A stretch of DNA of 64,000 nucleotides from Pelagomonas calceolata (lineage: Eukaryota), in contig CAKKNE010000002.1 of NCBI GenBank assembly GCA_918797485.1, positions 1,302,001-1,366,000 on the forward strand, given 5' to 3'. The position numbers and the translations under genes were made by a program. The notes under the pieces are model-generated. The model ran no database searches and was not told the DNA's origin. It worked only from the letters and a program-made list of their open reading frames with translations. Shown here piece by piece: positions 22,583 through 34,361 of this stretch; position 1 is the stretch's first letter; each line of letters opens with the position of its first letter.

Positions 22583-23941
22583 ATGCAGTCCGTAATAGTA
22601 GCGCTCGCGCTCACGGGCGCCGGCGCCTTAAGGACGCCGATGACCATGTCGACGGCCGTCAAGCACGTGACCACCAAATCCGACGCCATCATGAAGGAGG
22701 CCGCTACTTTGATGCCGGGTGGCGTCTCCTCCCCTGTCAGAGCGTTCAAGAGCGTCGGCGGCGGCCCCGTCGTCTTTGAGAAAGTCAAGGGCGCCTACGC
22801 CTACGATGTCGACGGGAACCAGTATGTGGATTACGTGGGCACGTGGGGCCCGGCCATCTGCGGCCACGCCAATGATGAGGTCAACGAGGCCCTCCGGGCC
22901 GCCCTCGAGAAGGGCACGAGCTTCGGCGCGCCCAGCGAGAACGAGAACGTCCTGGCCAAGATGGTCTGCGACGCCGTGCCGTCGGTGGAGATGGTGCGCT
23001 TCACGAATTCCGGTACGGAAGCGTGCATGGGTATGTTGCGATTGGTGCGGGCCTACACGGGCCGCGAGAAGATTATTAAATTTGAGGGCTGCTACCACGG
23101 CCACGCCGACGGGTTTCTGGTCCAGGCGGGCTCCGGCGTCGCCACGTTAGGTCTGCCCGACTCGCCGGGCGTGCCGCCGGGCGCGACGCAAGGTACGCTC
23201 GTGGCCGAGTACAACAACTTGGAGTCGGTCGAAGCTTTGCTGAAGGAGCACGAGTGCGCCGCGGTCGTCTTAGAACCGGTCGTCGGCAACAGCGGCTTCA
23301 TCCCCCCCACCCAGGAGTTCCTCGAGGGCCTTAGAGCGATGACGACGAAGTACGGCGCCCTCTTAGTGTTTGACGAGGTCATGACGGGTTTCCGCATTGA
23401 CTACGGCTGCGCGCAGAAACATTTTGGCGTGACGCCCGACGTGACGACGATGGGGAAAGTGATTGGCGGTGGCTTACCGGTGGGCGCCTACGGCGGCCGC
23501 AGGGACATCATGGAGCAGGTCGCGCCGGCGGGGCCCATGTACCAGGCCGGCACGCTGTCGGGCAACCCCCTGGCCATGACGGCGGGCATCAAGACGCTCG
23601 AGATCCTCTCGCGGCCGGGCCAGTACGAGAAGCTGACGAAGCTTACGGAACGCCTCGTGGAAGGCATCTTGCGGGAGGGCAAGGCCGCGGGCCACGCCAT
23701 CTCCGGCGGCTCCATCAGCGGCATGTTCGGCTTCTTCTTCTGCGAAGGACCGGTCACCTGCTTCCGGGAAGCGACGGCCTCGGACACGGACAAGTTCGCG
23801 CGCTGGCACCGGGGCATGCTCGAGCGGGGCGTCTACCTCGCGCCGTCGCAGTACGAGGCCGGCTTCATGTCGCTGGCCCACACGGAGGCGGACGTGGACA
23901 AGACGATCGCGGCGGCCAAGGAGGTCTTCGCGACGATCTAG
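22583..23941 (+). CDS. hemL: Glutamate-1-semialdehyde 2,1-aminomutase, plastid-targeted
   Basis: '[12 protein letters not shown]', '[10 protein letters not shown]', 'FDEVMTGFR', '[15 protein letters not shown]'; bipartite presequence. Confidence 0.97.
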   Translation: MQSVIVALALTGAGALRTPMTMSTAVKHVTTKSDAIMKEAATLMPGGVSSPVRAFKSVGGGPVVFEKVKGAYAYDVDGNQYVDYVGTWGPAICGHANDEVNEALRAALEKGTSFGAPSENENVLAKMVCDAVPSVEMVRFTNSGTEACMGMLRLVRAYTGREKIIKFEGCYHGHADGFLVQAGSGVATLGLPDSPGVPPGATQGTLVAEYNNLESVEALLKEHECAAVVLEPVVGNSGFIPPTQEFLEGLRAMTTKYGALLVFDEVMTGFRIDYGCAQKHFGVTPDVTTMGKVIGGGLPVGAYGGRRDIMEQVAPAGPMYQAGTLSGNPLAMTAGIKTLEILSRPGQYEKLTKLTERLVEGILREGKAAGHAISGGSISGMFGFFFCEGPVTCFREATASDTDKFARWHRGMLERGVYLAPSQYEAGFMSLAHTEADVDKTIAAAKEVFATI

Positions 23942-23997
23942 GTCCCTTGTCCCGGTTCATAACGTTTACGTGCGAGTCGCTTCGTCGACGGCGTATG

Positions 23998-24019
23998 GCT
24001 AGTGTCTTTCGGCCGCTAG
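23998..24019 (-). promoter_or_regulatory. Bipartite CTAG intergenic motif
   Basis: GCTAGTGTCTTTCGGCCGCTAG, just downstream of the hemL stop (atypical position). Confidence 0.45.
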
Positions 24020-24159
24020 GGTAAAATTAAACATTGGTGCACCGAAGTACTTATTCTCTCTCTATCATACAGGGCAGCGTCGCGTGGCGGGGTGGACCGA
24101 GGAACAGCGCTCCGGTGGCCGTCGGCGGCGTCTCCAACGGCGTCTGGCGTTCGCGTCGA

Positions 24160-24498
24160 TCATCGCGGAAAGGGGACCCGCTCTTCTTGGGCGCGGGTTG
24201 CGGCGACTGCGCGGTCGGGCTGTAGACCATTTACTTCCCTCTGGAGGTGTTGTAGCTCCGGGACTTCGAGCGGCACGGCGCGCACGATCCAAAGCGAAAC
24301 TGGCCCGCGAAGCGTCTCCGCACCGGCGGATGCCGGCGCCGCGGCCGGCGGGGGGGCGTCGCGCGTGCGCTGGCGCTTCTGGCGGGGTTCCGTCGACGAG
24401 TTCTTCTGGGTGAGCGGCGCGGCGCGCTTCTTGCTTCGGGCCGGCCCCCAAAAGGTTTCTAATGTGCTCTTCTGCTTTTGCTCTTCTTTTTTGGCCAT
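24160..24498 (-). CDS. Short basic hypothetical protein with PIP-box-like QKSTLETFW
   Basis: ATG-initiated 112-aa ORF with a CTAG motif variant upstream at 24743-24765. Confidence 0.4.
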   Translation of the reverse strand: MAKKEEQKQKSTLETFWGPARSKKRAAPLTQKNSSTEPRQKRQRTRDAPPPAAAPASAGAETLRGPVSLWIVRAVPLEVPELQHLQREVNGLQPDRAVAATRAQEERVPFPR

Positions 24499-25974
24499 CG
24501 CGACTCGCGAGGAGCGGCGGCGCGCGCGCGTCTGTGTCTCGGTGGCGCGCGGCGCGACTTCAGGGATCTGTCGCGGCGCGTCCCGCGCGACGCTCGCGTT
24601 TTCCAGCCTATTGATGGCCAGTACTCGGCGCGTTTAAAGCCCCCGCAAATTGGGGCAGTGCACGTCGAAAGCGGAAGGGTGGAGGTATCGTTCTAGGCTG
24701 CCCGGACCGATGGGATGAGTATTACTGTGGACTCTCTGGCTTGCTAGTAACCATGTTACGCTAGCTTGGGTCAGATTTTATTTTTGGTGCAAGCAGCTAC
24801 TGAGGCATTATTCGCAACCGCTGGCCAACGCTGCGCTTCTACAAAGCGCAGCTGGACCGCCTGCAAGCGGCGATTGCACGCGTGGCGATTTGTACGCACA
24901 GATGCACGCTGCACCACAGAGCAGCCTCTGCAACAACAAATGCGAAAACGCGACGGCTGACGATGAGCGTGCTCAGAGCGAGCGCAGCGGTGGCGCGTGT
25001 CAGCAAGCCCGCGCCGGGCCGCGAGCTGCACCGGCCGGCGTGAACTTCGCTCCGTCGTCGCTGGGCGCGGCTGGCGGTCTACAAGGGAGAGTTTCTAGGC
25101 CACCAAGCCATGCGCAGAGGTCGGCGCCGCGAGTGCGCCTCGTGGAAGTATCGCGTCCTAGCTTGGTCGTCCTTGGACCAGGTGTTGCTTCGAGAACGGG
25201 ACCGCTGATGCACGCCGCAGACTTCTGCTCCTGCGCGTGACGTGCACGATGTCCTTATTTTCTGCCTCGGAAGTGCACATCAAGTCGACGACGTCGCCAC
25301 AACGCCATCGAGACGGAAAGGTGTCTGTAACAGCGTCTGCTCGATGGCGTGGAAGTTTTAGCAGTTCTGAATATCGTCGATCAAGATCCGCGTCCTGTAT
25401 GTCTTCGCGGCGGCGTCGTCTCGAGGACTGCGTCCGCTCTAAAGGTGGAAGTTGTGCGAGCTTCGTGTCGCGATCTGGTGCCGCCGGGCCGGCTTGTGAC
25501 GTCCTATTTCGACAGCTGAAAGGTCGACGTGCTTAAGGGCGCGCCCGGGTCACGGGCCGGTGGTAAGGCCCGAGGTCCAGTGCATCCTCGGCGACATCGC
25601 GTCCTCGGTCGCCGGGCGAGACGCTCGCGGTTCATGGGAGCGCGCACTCGGCGTACACCTCGGGCCGCGGGACGGCGGCGAAGCTCGTGGAGACAGATGA
25701 CCGCCGCCGCGGGCCGCATCGCTCCACGTCGATGGCCCTGGCCAGCTGGAGCTCCCGCCTTTGTGCGGGTTTCTCTGCGTTTCTCTAGTTCTATGTAAGC
25801 GAAGGCTGCTATTTAGTATGTAGCACTCGCTGGCGTCGTTTGGGTGGGGGATGTACGGTTCCCAAAACGCGGCCGTCTCCCAGGCCACTGAGCCTCGACT
25901 CGCGTCGCGCAGGAGCAGCCCCGGCCGCGCAGCGCATCAATTGGACGCAGAGCGAAGTCGCAGCATTTCACGCC

Positions 25975-28682
25975 ATGGAATATCTCAGCGCCGAACTCCT
26001 TAATGGCGCGCCAGTCAAGCTGTTCGAGGTGGAGCATGTGAGAGGTGACTTGGGCGTTGATGCCGTCGCGCGGCTGGTCACGCCGCCATACGTGCTCGCC
26101 TGGCCGAACCAAGGAAAGTGCTCCTTCTACGCCGGCGGCGCGAAGCGCCTCGATTTAGCTCGCGCGCGCGTGATAGCTCATACCATGAAGTCGTACAGCG
26201 ACGTCGGCTGGAACATAAGCGATCCTGCGGCCGAGACATTCTCGTTTATTGTAAGAGTTACAGACATGGAGGAGGGGCTCACCGCAGACGGGCACAGGAG
26301 CCTGAAGAGCGGGGAGGAGACTGCCAAGCGCGAGTGGTTGGCGGGCACCTTCGCAAGGTTCGGAACGAACAACAAGAACGTCTGTGGTGACGCCGTCTAC
26401 AAGGACCACGACGGTTCGGTGTGTTACTACGGCGTCGCCGCGAGCCTGGCCGGCCTCCAAGAACCCCGGAACCGGCGCCGAGCAGCGATTATCGCCGGCC
26501 AGCTGCAGCCGCCGCCCCGTTGCAAAATGTGGCCGGACGACGAACTCGATATTCTTTTTGCCCACGCCGAGGCCAACTTCCCGTTCCGCAACTGGAAGCT
26601 CTGCGTCGAGACGCTCGTCGAATTCGGCCACGCTAGCCGCTCGGTAGCCGCATGTTCTCGCATGTTCTCTAGATATGCGGACGACTTCGGCGTAAAGAGG
26701 GTAACGCGAGAAGATATCAACGAGGCGCGCAGAGCGAACATGATGGGTCGCGAGTTGGTATTGCAAACCCAATTCCGTGCTGAGGCGAAAGACCGGCTCG
26801 CGACGGCGGTCGTCGCCGTGGGCGCCGAGGTCGATGCTATTGTAGAATACGACGCGGAATTCTTTGTTCAGTTCACAAAGGAAAAGATCGCCGAGGAGAT
26901 CGAGCGGCTGCGCGACGATCGCCCCGAGGTCTATGCAAGGGCGGGGCAGGGGCTCATGCAGGAGCCACAGCCGGTGTCTTCTGCGTCGGCGTTGTCTTCT
27001 GGGTGGAGACGACCGGCCGACGCCACGTGGCCGCCGACCGCGGTCGCGCACCTCGCGGGCCGGACTTTAGTGTTTAGTGGGAAATGTCACGAGCCGCGCC
27101 GAAATCAATAGTACAAGAGAGAGAGAGTCGGCTCGATGGCGTGGCGGTCGAATACATCGGTCTCACTGGTTGATTCCACATAGGCCTCGAGGTGCGGGGC
27201 GGTGCGTCGCAGCGCGACCTCCTGCACGCGTTGCGAAATGTGGATGGTGTGGACGACGTGAAGACGAGCCCTCGCCTTACCCACGACTGCATCGTGGTCT
27301 ACGCGCCGGACGTCGCAAATCCGCCGCGCGGCAAGTACGGCGAAGCGATGAAGCGCGGCGGCTACGACACGATCGAGCTCGGGACGCTATTACAGATGCT
27401 GCCTGATGACGCCGTCCCGAGAGGCTTGCAGGCGGACGTGGCCCGCCTACGCGCGGCTCGCGCGGCTCGCCCTTCTTCCGAGCGGCCCCAGAAGCCGAAG
27501 AATGCCGACGATCTCGTGACGCACCACGTCGCATTAACGGGCAATGCTCCTGGAGGTATCATCCAGATCGACCTCGCCGAGAAGCTGAGCCCGCACGTGT
27601 CGTCGATTCATCTCGGTGGCATGAATCAGCGGACGACGCTCCTCCTCGTCGGTGACCTTAGTCGTGTCGTCGGTGGCGAATCCACGAACCTTAGAAAGGC
27701 GGAGAATGCCAACATACCGACGATCACGTACTCGGAGCTCTTTAGACTACTGCCTGCGCTCGCACCATCCTCTGGGCCGGCATCCTCTAGGCTGGCGTTG
27801 CCTCGGGCGCGATCGACTGTTGTGGCGCCGGGGGGGCTTCCCTGCGCGATCTGCGAGACTTCTTGCGATGCAAGGTTCGCGTTCTGTGGCCAGTGCTGGC
27901 GCTCGCCGCTCAAAGCCCGCCAGGCGGCCTACTGCGACGCTCTGGCCGCCCAGCGGGACGCACAACGGGAGATTATTGTCCGGGCGGCACCTTCTCTGAG
28001 GCGTTACGGTGATATTGATCAGCCACCCGCTTCGACGTTACCGACCAACATCGAGCAGCTCAAGTCCCGCGTCGAGTCGGCGGAGAGACTCTTGGGGCGC
28101 GAGTGGTGTCTGTCTCCACCGGAGCGGCCGGAGCCGCCCCCCCAGATACGACGCGAGCCGGGGGCGGCGGCTGCAGGCGCGCCGCACCCGTCCACGCCGG
28201 CACCGCCGCGGGCGCCCCCAGTCGCGCCGCCTCGGCCGCCGACCACGCGCCGCCCGTCCGCGCAAGCGCTGGTCGTCGATGCGGGACCGGCGAGCGGTCC
28301 GGTCGTGCGTGCTCGTAGTGGTCGAGGTGGTGCGAGCGGTCCGGTCGTGCGTGCTCGTAGTGGTCGAGGTGGTGCGAGCGGTCCGGTCGTGCGTGCTCGA
28401 AGTGGTCTAGGTGGTGCGACGAGGACTCAGTCTGGCCACTTGTCGGCGAGCGCCCCTGACGTCGACATGACGAACGTGAACACGCCCCAAGATGTCGAGC
28501 AATTTCGGGATTTCGGTGTGACTAAACTCAGGAAGCTCGGGCTGTCCGCCATGCGCACGATCCTCAGAGCGGTACGTGAGCCAGTGGAAACAACAGCCAC
28601 AAACGGGGGGGCGGTGCAAAAGGAACTGGCCGATCGTATCCAGAAGTATTTCGACACGCACGACCCCCCCCCCCGCGCCTAA
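25975..28682 (+). CDS. Multidomain nuclear protein: Myb-like, 2x BRCT-like, Zn-ribbon, SAP-like (exons ~25975-27085, 27184-28682; start uncertain)
   Basis: 'WPDDELDIL..RNWK..RS...C', 'LAGRTLVFSG', 'VALTG...TTLLLVG...KAE', 'CAIC..CGQC'. The ORFs join across an introner. Confidence 0.6.
27086..27183 (+). mobile_element. Introner intron (GT-AG, 98 bp)
   Basis: CCGCGCCGAAATCAA...TTGATTCCACATAG; TSD GTCACGAG/GCCTCGAG (6/8); spliced product reads GKCLEVRGG. Confidence 0.88.
28290..28415 (+). repeat. Coding minisatellite, 42 bp x3 (ASGPVVRARSGRGG)
   Basis: Near-perfect units at 28290, 28332 and 28374. Confidence 0.92.
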
Positions 28683-28730
28683 GGCCACCTCCTACGCCGT
28701 CGCCCCGAATGATCGAGTGTATAAACAGTT

Positions 28731-30767
28731 CTATGTTAATTGATAGTTCGGTCCACCCCCTCCTTCCGGCACCGTCCACTTGATATACTCGAGCGGCATC
28801 TTGATCGAGCAGCACTTGCAGTGCACGCAGTTCTGGGCGTTAATGACCAATTCGTCGTCCGGGTACTCGTAGACGCCCGCGGGACAAAAATTCGCCTCCG
28901 GGGCCCCGTATTCCCGCAGCGACCGCGCCGTCTTGCCCACCATGGAATCCCGAAACTCGTCCTTCACGACTAAATGGGAAGGCTGCGTGTCCGCGTGGTC
29001 GACCACGGCCCGCGCGACGTTCTCCAACAGAGGGAACGAGAGCTTGCCGTCGGGTTTTGGATATTGTATAGGTTTGGCCCGCGGGTCGTCGACCTTCGCC
29101 GTCGTCGAGGAGTCGACGGAGTCGTGGCGGAAGGTCCAGGGCTCCTTGCCCTTCATCACATAAGCTGAGGCACCCGCATAAGCTACCCCGCCGAAGAGCC
29201 CCCACTTCTTAAACGCGGGCTTGTAGTTCCTCACACCATATAACTCGTCGTAGACCCAGGACGCCTCGAAGGCCTCCTGGTAGCCGACGGCTTCCCGTTC
29301 CTCGGTCTGGATACTCTCAAACACCTGTGTGGAAATCAAAATTTTACGGCGCGTTCACGCCATCGACGCGACGCCTGCTCGATGGCGTAGTGATGCCGGC
29401 TCCTCATCGCTCGACCGAGCCAGTACGGCCGCGTCATCGCCGAGAAATGACTTAGTGAAGAATTGTCGGGTGCACCCGACGCACTGGTTGATTTCCACAC
29501 AGACAAACACGTTCTCCGCGGCGAGCATGCCGCTCTTCATCGCCGTATGCGTGCCCTTGATCTTGGGCACGTTCAGGAAGCCCGCCGAGCAACCGATTAA
29601 GACACCACCGGGGAACGTGAGCTTGGGCACCGATTGCAACCCTCCTTCATTAATCACGCGAGCCGCGTAAGCGACACAATCGCCGCCCTCCAAGTGTTTG
29701 GCCATGGCCGGGTGGTGTTTGAGTCGTTGAAATTCTTTATATGGACTGAGATGAGGGTTCGCGTAGTCCAATCCAACAACTAATCCCACATGTACTAGAT
29801 TAGGAGCCATATGATATAAGAAGGACCCACCGTACGTGTCAGACGCCAGGGGCCAGCCGATCGTATGTTGGACCAGGCCCGGTTGGCACTTCTCTTCGGG
29901 AATTTCCCAGACCTCCTTGACCCCTAGTCCGAACTGCTGCGGGTCGCAGTGCTTCCTCAAGTCGAAGATGGCCATGACCTCCTCGCTGCAGGAGCCGCGC
30001 GCGCCCTCGGCCAACAACGTCTGCTTGGCCAGGAGCTCCATGCCCGGCTCGTAATTTTCTCCCTTCGAACCGTCCTTGTTCAGGCCCACATCCCTTGTAG
30101 CGACGCCGCGCACACCACCACGATCGTCGTACAACACTTCGGCGGCCGAGAAGCCGGGGTAGACCTCCACACCTAGAGCTTCGGCCTTCTCGCCGAGCCA
30201 ACGGACGACCTGACTTAATGAAGCCACGTAATTGCCGTCGTTGTGCAACGATGGAGGGCAAGGTAAGGGTATGGCGCCCGTCTCTGAATGCAAGTAAGAG
30301 AAGGTGTCCGCCTCGACCTTCGTTTGTAAAGGGGCATCGGCGTCTTCGCGCCAATCCGGGAGGAGCTCGTCCAGCGCTCGCGGCTCAAACACATTACCGG
30401 AGACAACATGAGCGCCTACTTCACTTGCCTTCTCGAGCAAGCAGACGGAAATTTCATTTCCTGTCGTCTCCTCCAGCTGCTTGAGGCGGATTGCGGCGGC
30501 TAGTCCCGCGGGGCCGCCTCCCACAATTACGACGTCGTACTCCATGCTGTCCCGCTCTATCGGCTCCTCCTCGCCGTCGACGGTGCTGGAGAGGCCGCGC
30601 GCCGCGGCTGGCGTGCTGGAGAGGTGGCGCGCCGCGGCTGGCGTCCGGGAGAGGCGGCGCGCCGCGGCTGGCGTGCACCGAGCGATAGTGCTCCGAGCAG
30701 TGGACAAGCTGCGGAGGCGCGTCGCTGTCGCGGCGCGCGCGCGGAGGAGTATCCTGGCCGACCGCAT
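28731..30767 (-). CDS. ETFDH: Electron transfer flavoprotein-ubiquinone oxidoreductase (exons 30767-29511, 29324-28731)
   Basis: 'DVVIVGGGPAGL', 'PKIKGTHTAMKSGMLAAE', 'FCPAGVYE', 'NCVHCKCC'; mitochondrial presequence. Confidence 0.96.
29325..29510 (-). mobile_element. Introner intron (GT-AG, 186 bp); element 29325-29502
   Basis: Perfect 15-bp TIRs CTGTGTGGAAATCAA and TTGATTTCCACACAG; TSD TCAAACAC/ACAAACAC (7/8). Confidence 0.95.
30583..30676. repeat. 30-bp x3 tandem repeat in the ETFDH presequence (TPAAARxLSS)
   Basis: Units at 30583, 30613 and 30643. Confidence 0.88.
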
Positions 30768-30869
30768 GGCACTGGTGCGGAACGAGTTGTCCTGAAAGCC
30801 CTCACGGGCGCAGCGGGCCGCTGTTTACCGTAAATAGTCAGCTTCTTTTTCTCGATAATCTGAGGCACC

Positions 30870-30892
30870 CTAGCGGCATGTAAGACACTAGC
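30870..30892 (+). promoter_or_regulatory. Bipartite CTAG intergenic motif
   Basis: CTAGCGGCATGTAAGACACTAGC, ~100 bp upstream of the ETFDH ATG. Confidence 0.65.
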
Positions 30893-31059
30893 AAAAAAAG
30901 ACCTGCTTCCGTTCAGAGCCGGCCTCGTACGTACTCCGGTAACCTGTCGGGCTTAGGCCTCCTACGGACGATTCCTGGCGCTTCAGCGAGAGGTTAGGAG
31001 TTACGCGATGCCCCGCCCACGACTCGGAGTCCTAGCACCGCAACAGAAAGTGCATCTTG

Positions 31060-34026
31060 TTACGCCACGAGCGACCCCGGCGTCGGCAGGGCCTCGCCGT
31101 AGGCCCGCTGCCAGTAGCCCCGGTGGAAGCCGGGCCCCTCCGTCATTTGGGAGGTGTTGTCGAACGCCGACGCGACGGTACGGTCGTCTTCGGTAAAGGG
31201 AGCGGGCGCCGTCGCGGCGTCGGCGACGGCCGCCGTCGCCGACACGTTTGGTGCTCGCTCCAGCGTCGGCGGCGGCAGGTTACGGTCCGCCGCCACGAGC
31301 GCCGCGACGCCGACCGATAAACCCGCCCGCGGTCGTTGTCGAGGCGGCTCCACATTTATTGCAGGCACGCTGTAGGCCTGGGCTCGAAAGGCGGCCTGCA
31401 TGGCCTGTAAGCGCGACGCGAGTTCACCCAAACCGACACTCTGGACCGGTGGTGGTGGTGGAGGTAGATCACGATAGATATTTGTAGGCTGGACCGGTAT
31501 GGATGATCGTTTCAATGCGTCCGCCTCGGCCCGAGCTTGCAATAAGGCAGAACGTTCCCTGTTCAGCTGCTCCGCATATCTAACTTCGACGTCAGATAAA
31601 GCCTGTCGGAGCGACGCGATCTCGTCGGCCTGGTCCCGGTCCCGTTGGATGCACCGATCTCTGACATCGCGCACGGCCTCGGCCAACCTGCAAGACCAGT
31701 CCTCGTCCGCCTCGGCCGCGGCCGCGGTTGCAATCTGTCGGATCTCAACTTCCGATTCGGCCTTGATGGCGTCGATGTTCGCGGCGTGGACCCGTTTCAG
31801 ACTTTCGAGTTCCGCTTTTGCCGCGTCTCTGTCACTTCTTGCTCGTTCCAGAGCTCGTTCCGCTTGTAGCTTCGCGTGCTCCGCGGGAGCTGACGCGACG
31901 CCAATTTGCCTTTTGAGAGCGTTTGCTGACGCAGTGGCGTCCCGCAACGCCTCCTCCAAGGCGTGGCGTTCGGCGCGACCCGCTTCCTCTCTGTCTAGAG
32001 CGTGTTGCGCGTCCTCCCTCGCCACGTCGCGTTCTCGCTGGAATCGATCACATTGCGCTTTGAGATCTCTTAGAGATGACTCGTGTGCATGTTGTAAGTC
32101 GGCCAATTTCGACTCGGCCTCCAACGCTCTCCTAGAAGCTTCTGCAGATCTAGATCGAGCCGCATCTAGCTCCGACCGCGCCAAACCAGCAGCCATGGCG
32201 TGGTCGTGTTCGCGAGCATGGCGACGGGCCCGTTCGTCTCGCAACCGTTCCAATTCTCTCAAAGCAGCATCTCCGGCCAACTTCGACTCCGCGCCCAAGT
32301 GCCGGACCGCCTCGAGCTCCGCCCGCGCTTGCGCCGTGTCGTCCGCGGCCTTCTTCAGCGTCGCCCGCAGGGCGTCCCGCTCGCTCTCCACACTTTTCAA
32401 GGACCTCGTAGCATGGTGCGCATCATTCTTAGCCTTCGACGCCGTTAATTCGGCCTCCCGCAACGACTTTTCCGCTGTTTTATGGCGCTCGTCGGCGTCG
32501 CCGAGATCCAAACCCCTTCGTCTCAGTGACGCGTTCTCGACCTCCAACTTCGTTTTTATCTCTCGTAACTCCTCCAATGCAGCCTCAGCTTCGGTGTGGC
32601 GCGCGTGCGCGCCGCCGGCTTGCGCGCGCATATCAGCTAGGGCTCGATCTGACGTAGCCTTCTCGGTCTGTAATGATGCAACCAAACCAGCCAAGCGCGC
32701 CGCTTCTTGCCGCGCGGCCTGGTGGTCCTGGTGGACGCCCGACGACTGCGTCTTGAGCGACTCGGACTCAGCCTCCAATGATGCCACTCTCGATTGCAAA
32801 GAGCGCTTCTCGACCTCCAGCGCGTCGCCCCTAGACTTCTCGGCCTTCAGCGCGTCGGCCAGCGCGGCCGAGGCCCCTATTTTAAATTCTTTCTTCACAG
32901 AGGGAGCTTCCACTTTGGGTAACGATACGGCGGGCTTCGTCGTCTGCTTCGAGAGTCTACGCGAAGGCCTTCTAGCTGAGGAAGGTGTGACCGTCGTGTC
33001 GTCGTCCATGCTGCTGTCCAGCGACAAACGAGGAGACCTTTCGAGAAATGCATTTGCCTTCTCCACTACTGAAGATTTTGGTGTGATCGCGTCGACGCTC
33101 GAGTCCGTCGTGTTCCCGAGCTCGACGCCATCTATAGTGGGTTTGGGGGCCGGGCTCCCCGCGCCGATGGTGATGGACATTGGGGCTTTCTTCGGTGATG
33201 GTTTTGCAGGTGTCGGTGCTGGTGCCGGGACCCTCTTGACGACCTTCATGACGGGTCGCGACACGACGGGCTTCTGGGCGGACGGCGCGGTGTCCATGGA
33301 CTCGCTGAGTGAGGGCGAGGGTGATCTTCGTCGAGGTAACGCGCCGCCGACGCGGACGCGCACGGGTTCTCTCTGGACGCTATCGTCGTCGCGGCGCGCG
33401 GGCGGCCTCATCCGTCGCGGCGACGGCGACCGGCGCCTTTGCGGCGACGGCGACCGTCTCCGTCTTTGAGGCGACGGCGACCGGCGGCGTTGTACAGGCC
33501 GTCGTTGCGGCGACGGCGACTGGCGGCCGCCGGGCCCGCCGGGCCCGCGGCGCACGGGGCCGCGCCGTTGCGGCGACGGCGACCTCCGCTGTTGTCGTCG
33601 GGGCGACGGCGACCGCCGCGGCCCGCCTCGCCGGGGCGACATGCGCCGTCGCTGCGGAGAAGGCGAGCGCCGACCACCTGGTCGACGGGGCGACGGCGAC
33701 CGCCGTCGAGGTGGAGACCTACCACGCCCCCCGCGAAAGTCCCGGCCCCGGTCGGGCAGCTGCGGTCTTCGTGAACGCCGCAACCGCTGGAACTTCTCGC
33801 GATAAAAGTCGTCCGACGGGTGCGTCCACTGCGTCTCGCCCGTGTCTTCATTAACGTAGTACGGCTTGCCTCTACTTTCATCTTCGTGCTGCTCCCAGCC
33901 GTCGGGCAAGGGCGCCCGCATCGCTTCGTCCGCAATCCAGAGGAACTCGTTGAGGTCCTCGCGCTGCATACCTAATACGTCGCGCGCGTAGTTGCGGACG
34001 ACGTCGTCCATGCTATGCTGAGACAT
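31060..34026 (-). CDS. WW domain + RS-rich + long coiled-coil protein (CEP164-like N-terminus)
   Basis: 'YA..LGM...FLWIA..A..APLP..W...YY.N..TGETQWTHP.D'; RRSPSP repeats; heptad region. Confidence 0.75.
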   Translation of the reverse strand: MSQHSMDDVVRNYARDVLGMQREDLNEFLWIADEAMRAPLPDGWEQHEDESRGKPYYVNEDTGETQWTHPSDDFYREKFQRLRRSRRPQLPDRGRDFRGGRGRSPPRRRSPSPRRPGGRRSPSPQRRRMSPRRGGPRRSPSPRRQQRRSPSPQRRGPVRRGPGGPGGRQSPSPQRRPVQRRRSPSPQRRRRSPSPQRRRSPSPRRMRPPARRDDDSVQREPVRVRVGGALPRRRSPSPSLSESMDTAPSAQKPVVSRPVMKVVKRVPAPAPTPAKPSPKKAPMSITIGAGSPAPKPTIDGVELGNTTDSSVDAITPKSSVVEKANAFLERSPRLSLDSSMDDDTTVTPSSARRPSRRLSKQTTKPAVSLPKVEAPSVKKEFKIGASAALADALKAEKSRGDALEVEKRSLQSRVASLEAESESLKTQSSGVHQDHQAARQEAARLAGLVASLQTEKATSDRALADMRAQAGGAHARHTEAEAALEELREIKTKLEVENASLRRRGLDLGDADERHKTAEKSLREAELTASKAKNDAHHATRSLKSVESERDALRATLKKAADDTAQARAELEAVRHLGAESKLAGDAALRELERLRDERARRHAREHDHAMAAGLARSELDAARSRSAEASRRALEAESKLADLQHAHESSLRDLKAQCDRFQRERDVAREDAQHALDREEAGRAERHALEEALRDATASANALKRQIGVASAPAEHAKLQAERALERARSDRDAAKAELESLKRVHAANIDAIKAESEVEIRQIATAAAAEADEDWSCRLAEAVRDVRDRCIQRDRDQADEIASLRQALSDVEVRYAEQLNRERSALLQARAEADALKRSSIPVQPTNIYRDLPPPPPPVQSVGLGELASRLQAMQAAFRAQAYSVPAINVEPPRQRPRAGLSVGVAALVAADRNLPPPTLERAPNVSATAAVADAATAPAPFTEDDRTVASAFDNTSQMTEGPGFHRGYWQRAYGEALPTPGSLVA

Positions 34027-34361
34027 GGTGCTTGTTTTCTGACGATGTCGAGCGAGAGTATCCCCGCCTCGCGATGGACTGGGCTCAATTCGCAAGACTT
34101 GGTGGTTGTTTTTTGGAGCGGCCGGTGGCTGCGGTTATTGTTGTCCGCGGGTGGGGCAGCCGACGGCCGCCGCGATCGCGGGACTACGCGGGCGTCCGAC
34201 GGTTAAGGCTGCGATTCAGCCGCGTTGCTTCGCAAGCGCTTGTGCCCAACAACAACAGCCCCGACCGTTCGTCGTCTCCCAGGGCCCGGCGCGCCGTGTA
34301 TGCGTCGCTATTAGATCTCTGCGCGGGCGCGGAGGACTCGTTGCCGCGGAGATTCATGAGT

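Noticed and set aside
481..29502. Recurrent GTGTGGAAATC words as CRISPR repeats
   Set aside because: They are dispersed inverted pairs with TSDs in a eukaryotic genome, not direct repeats with spacers, and there are no cas genes.
31499..33469. 656-aa plus-strand ORF
   Set aside because: Ser/Ala-rich antisense shadow of the coiled-coil gene, as expected in GC-rich DNA.
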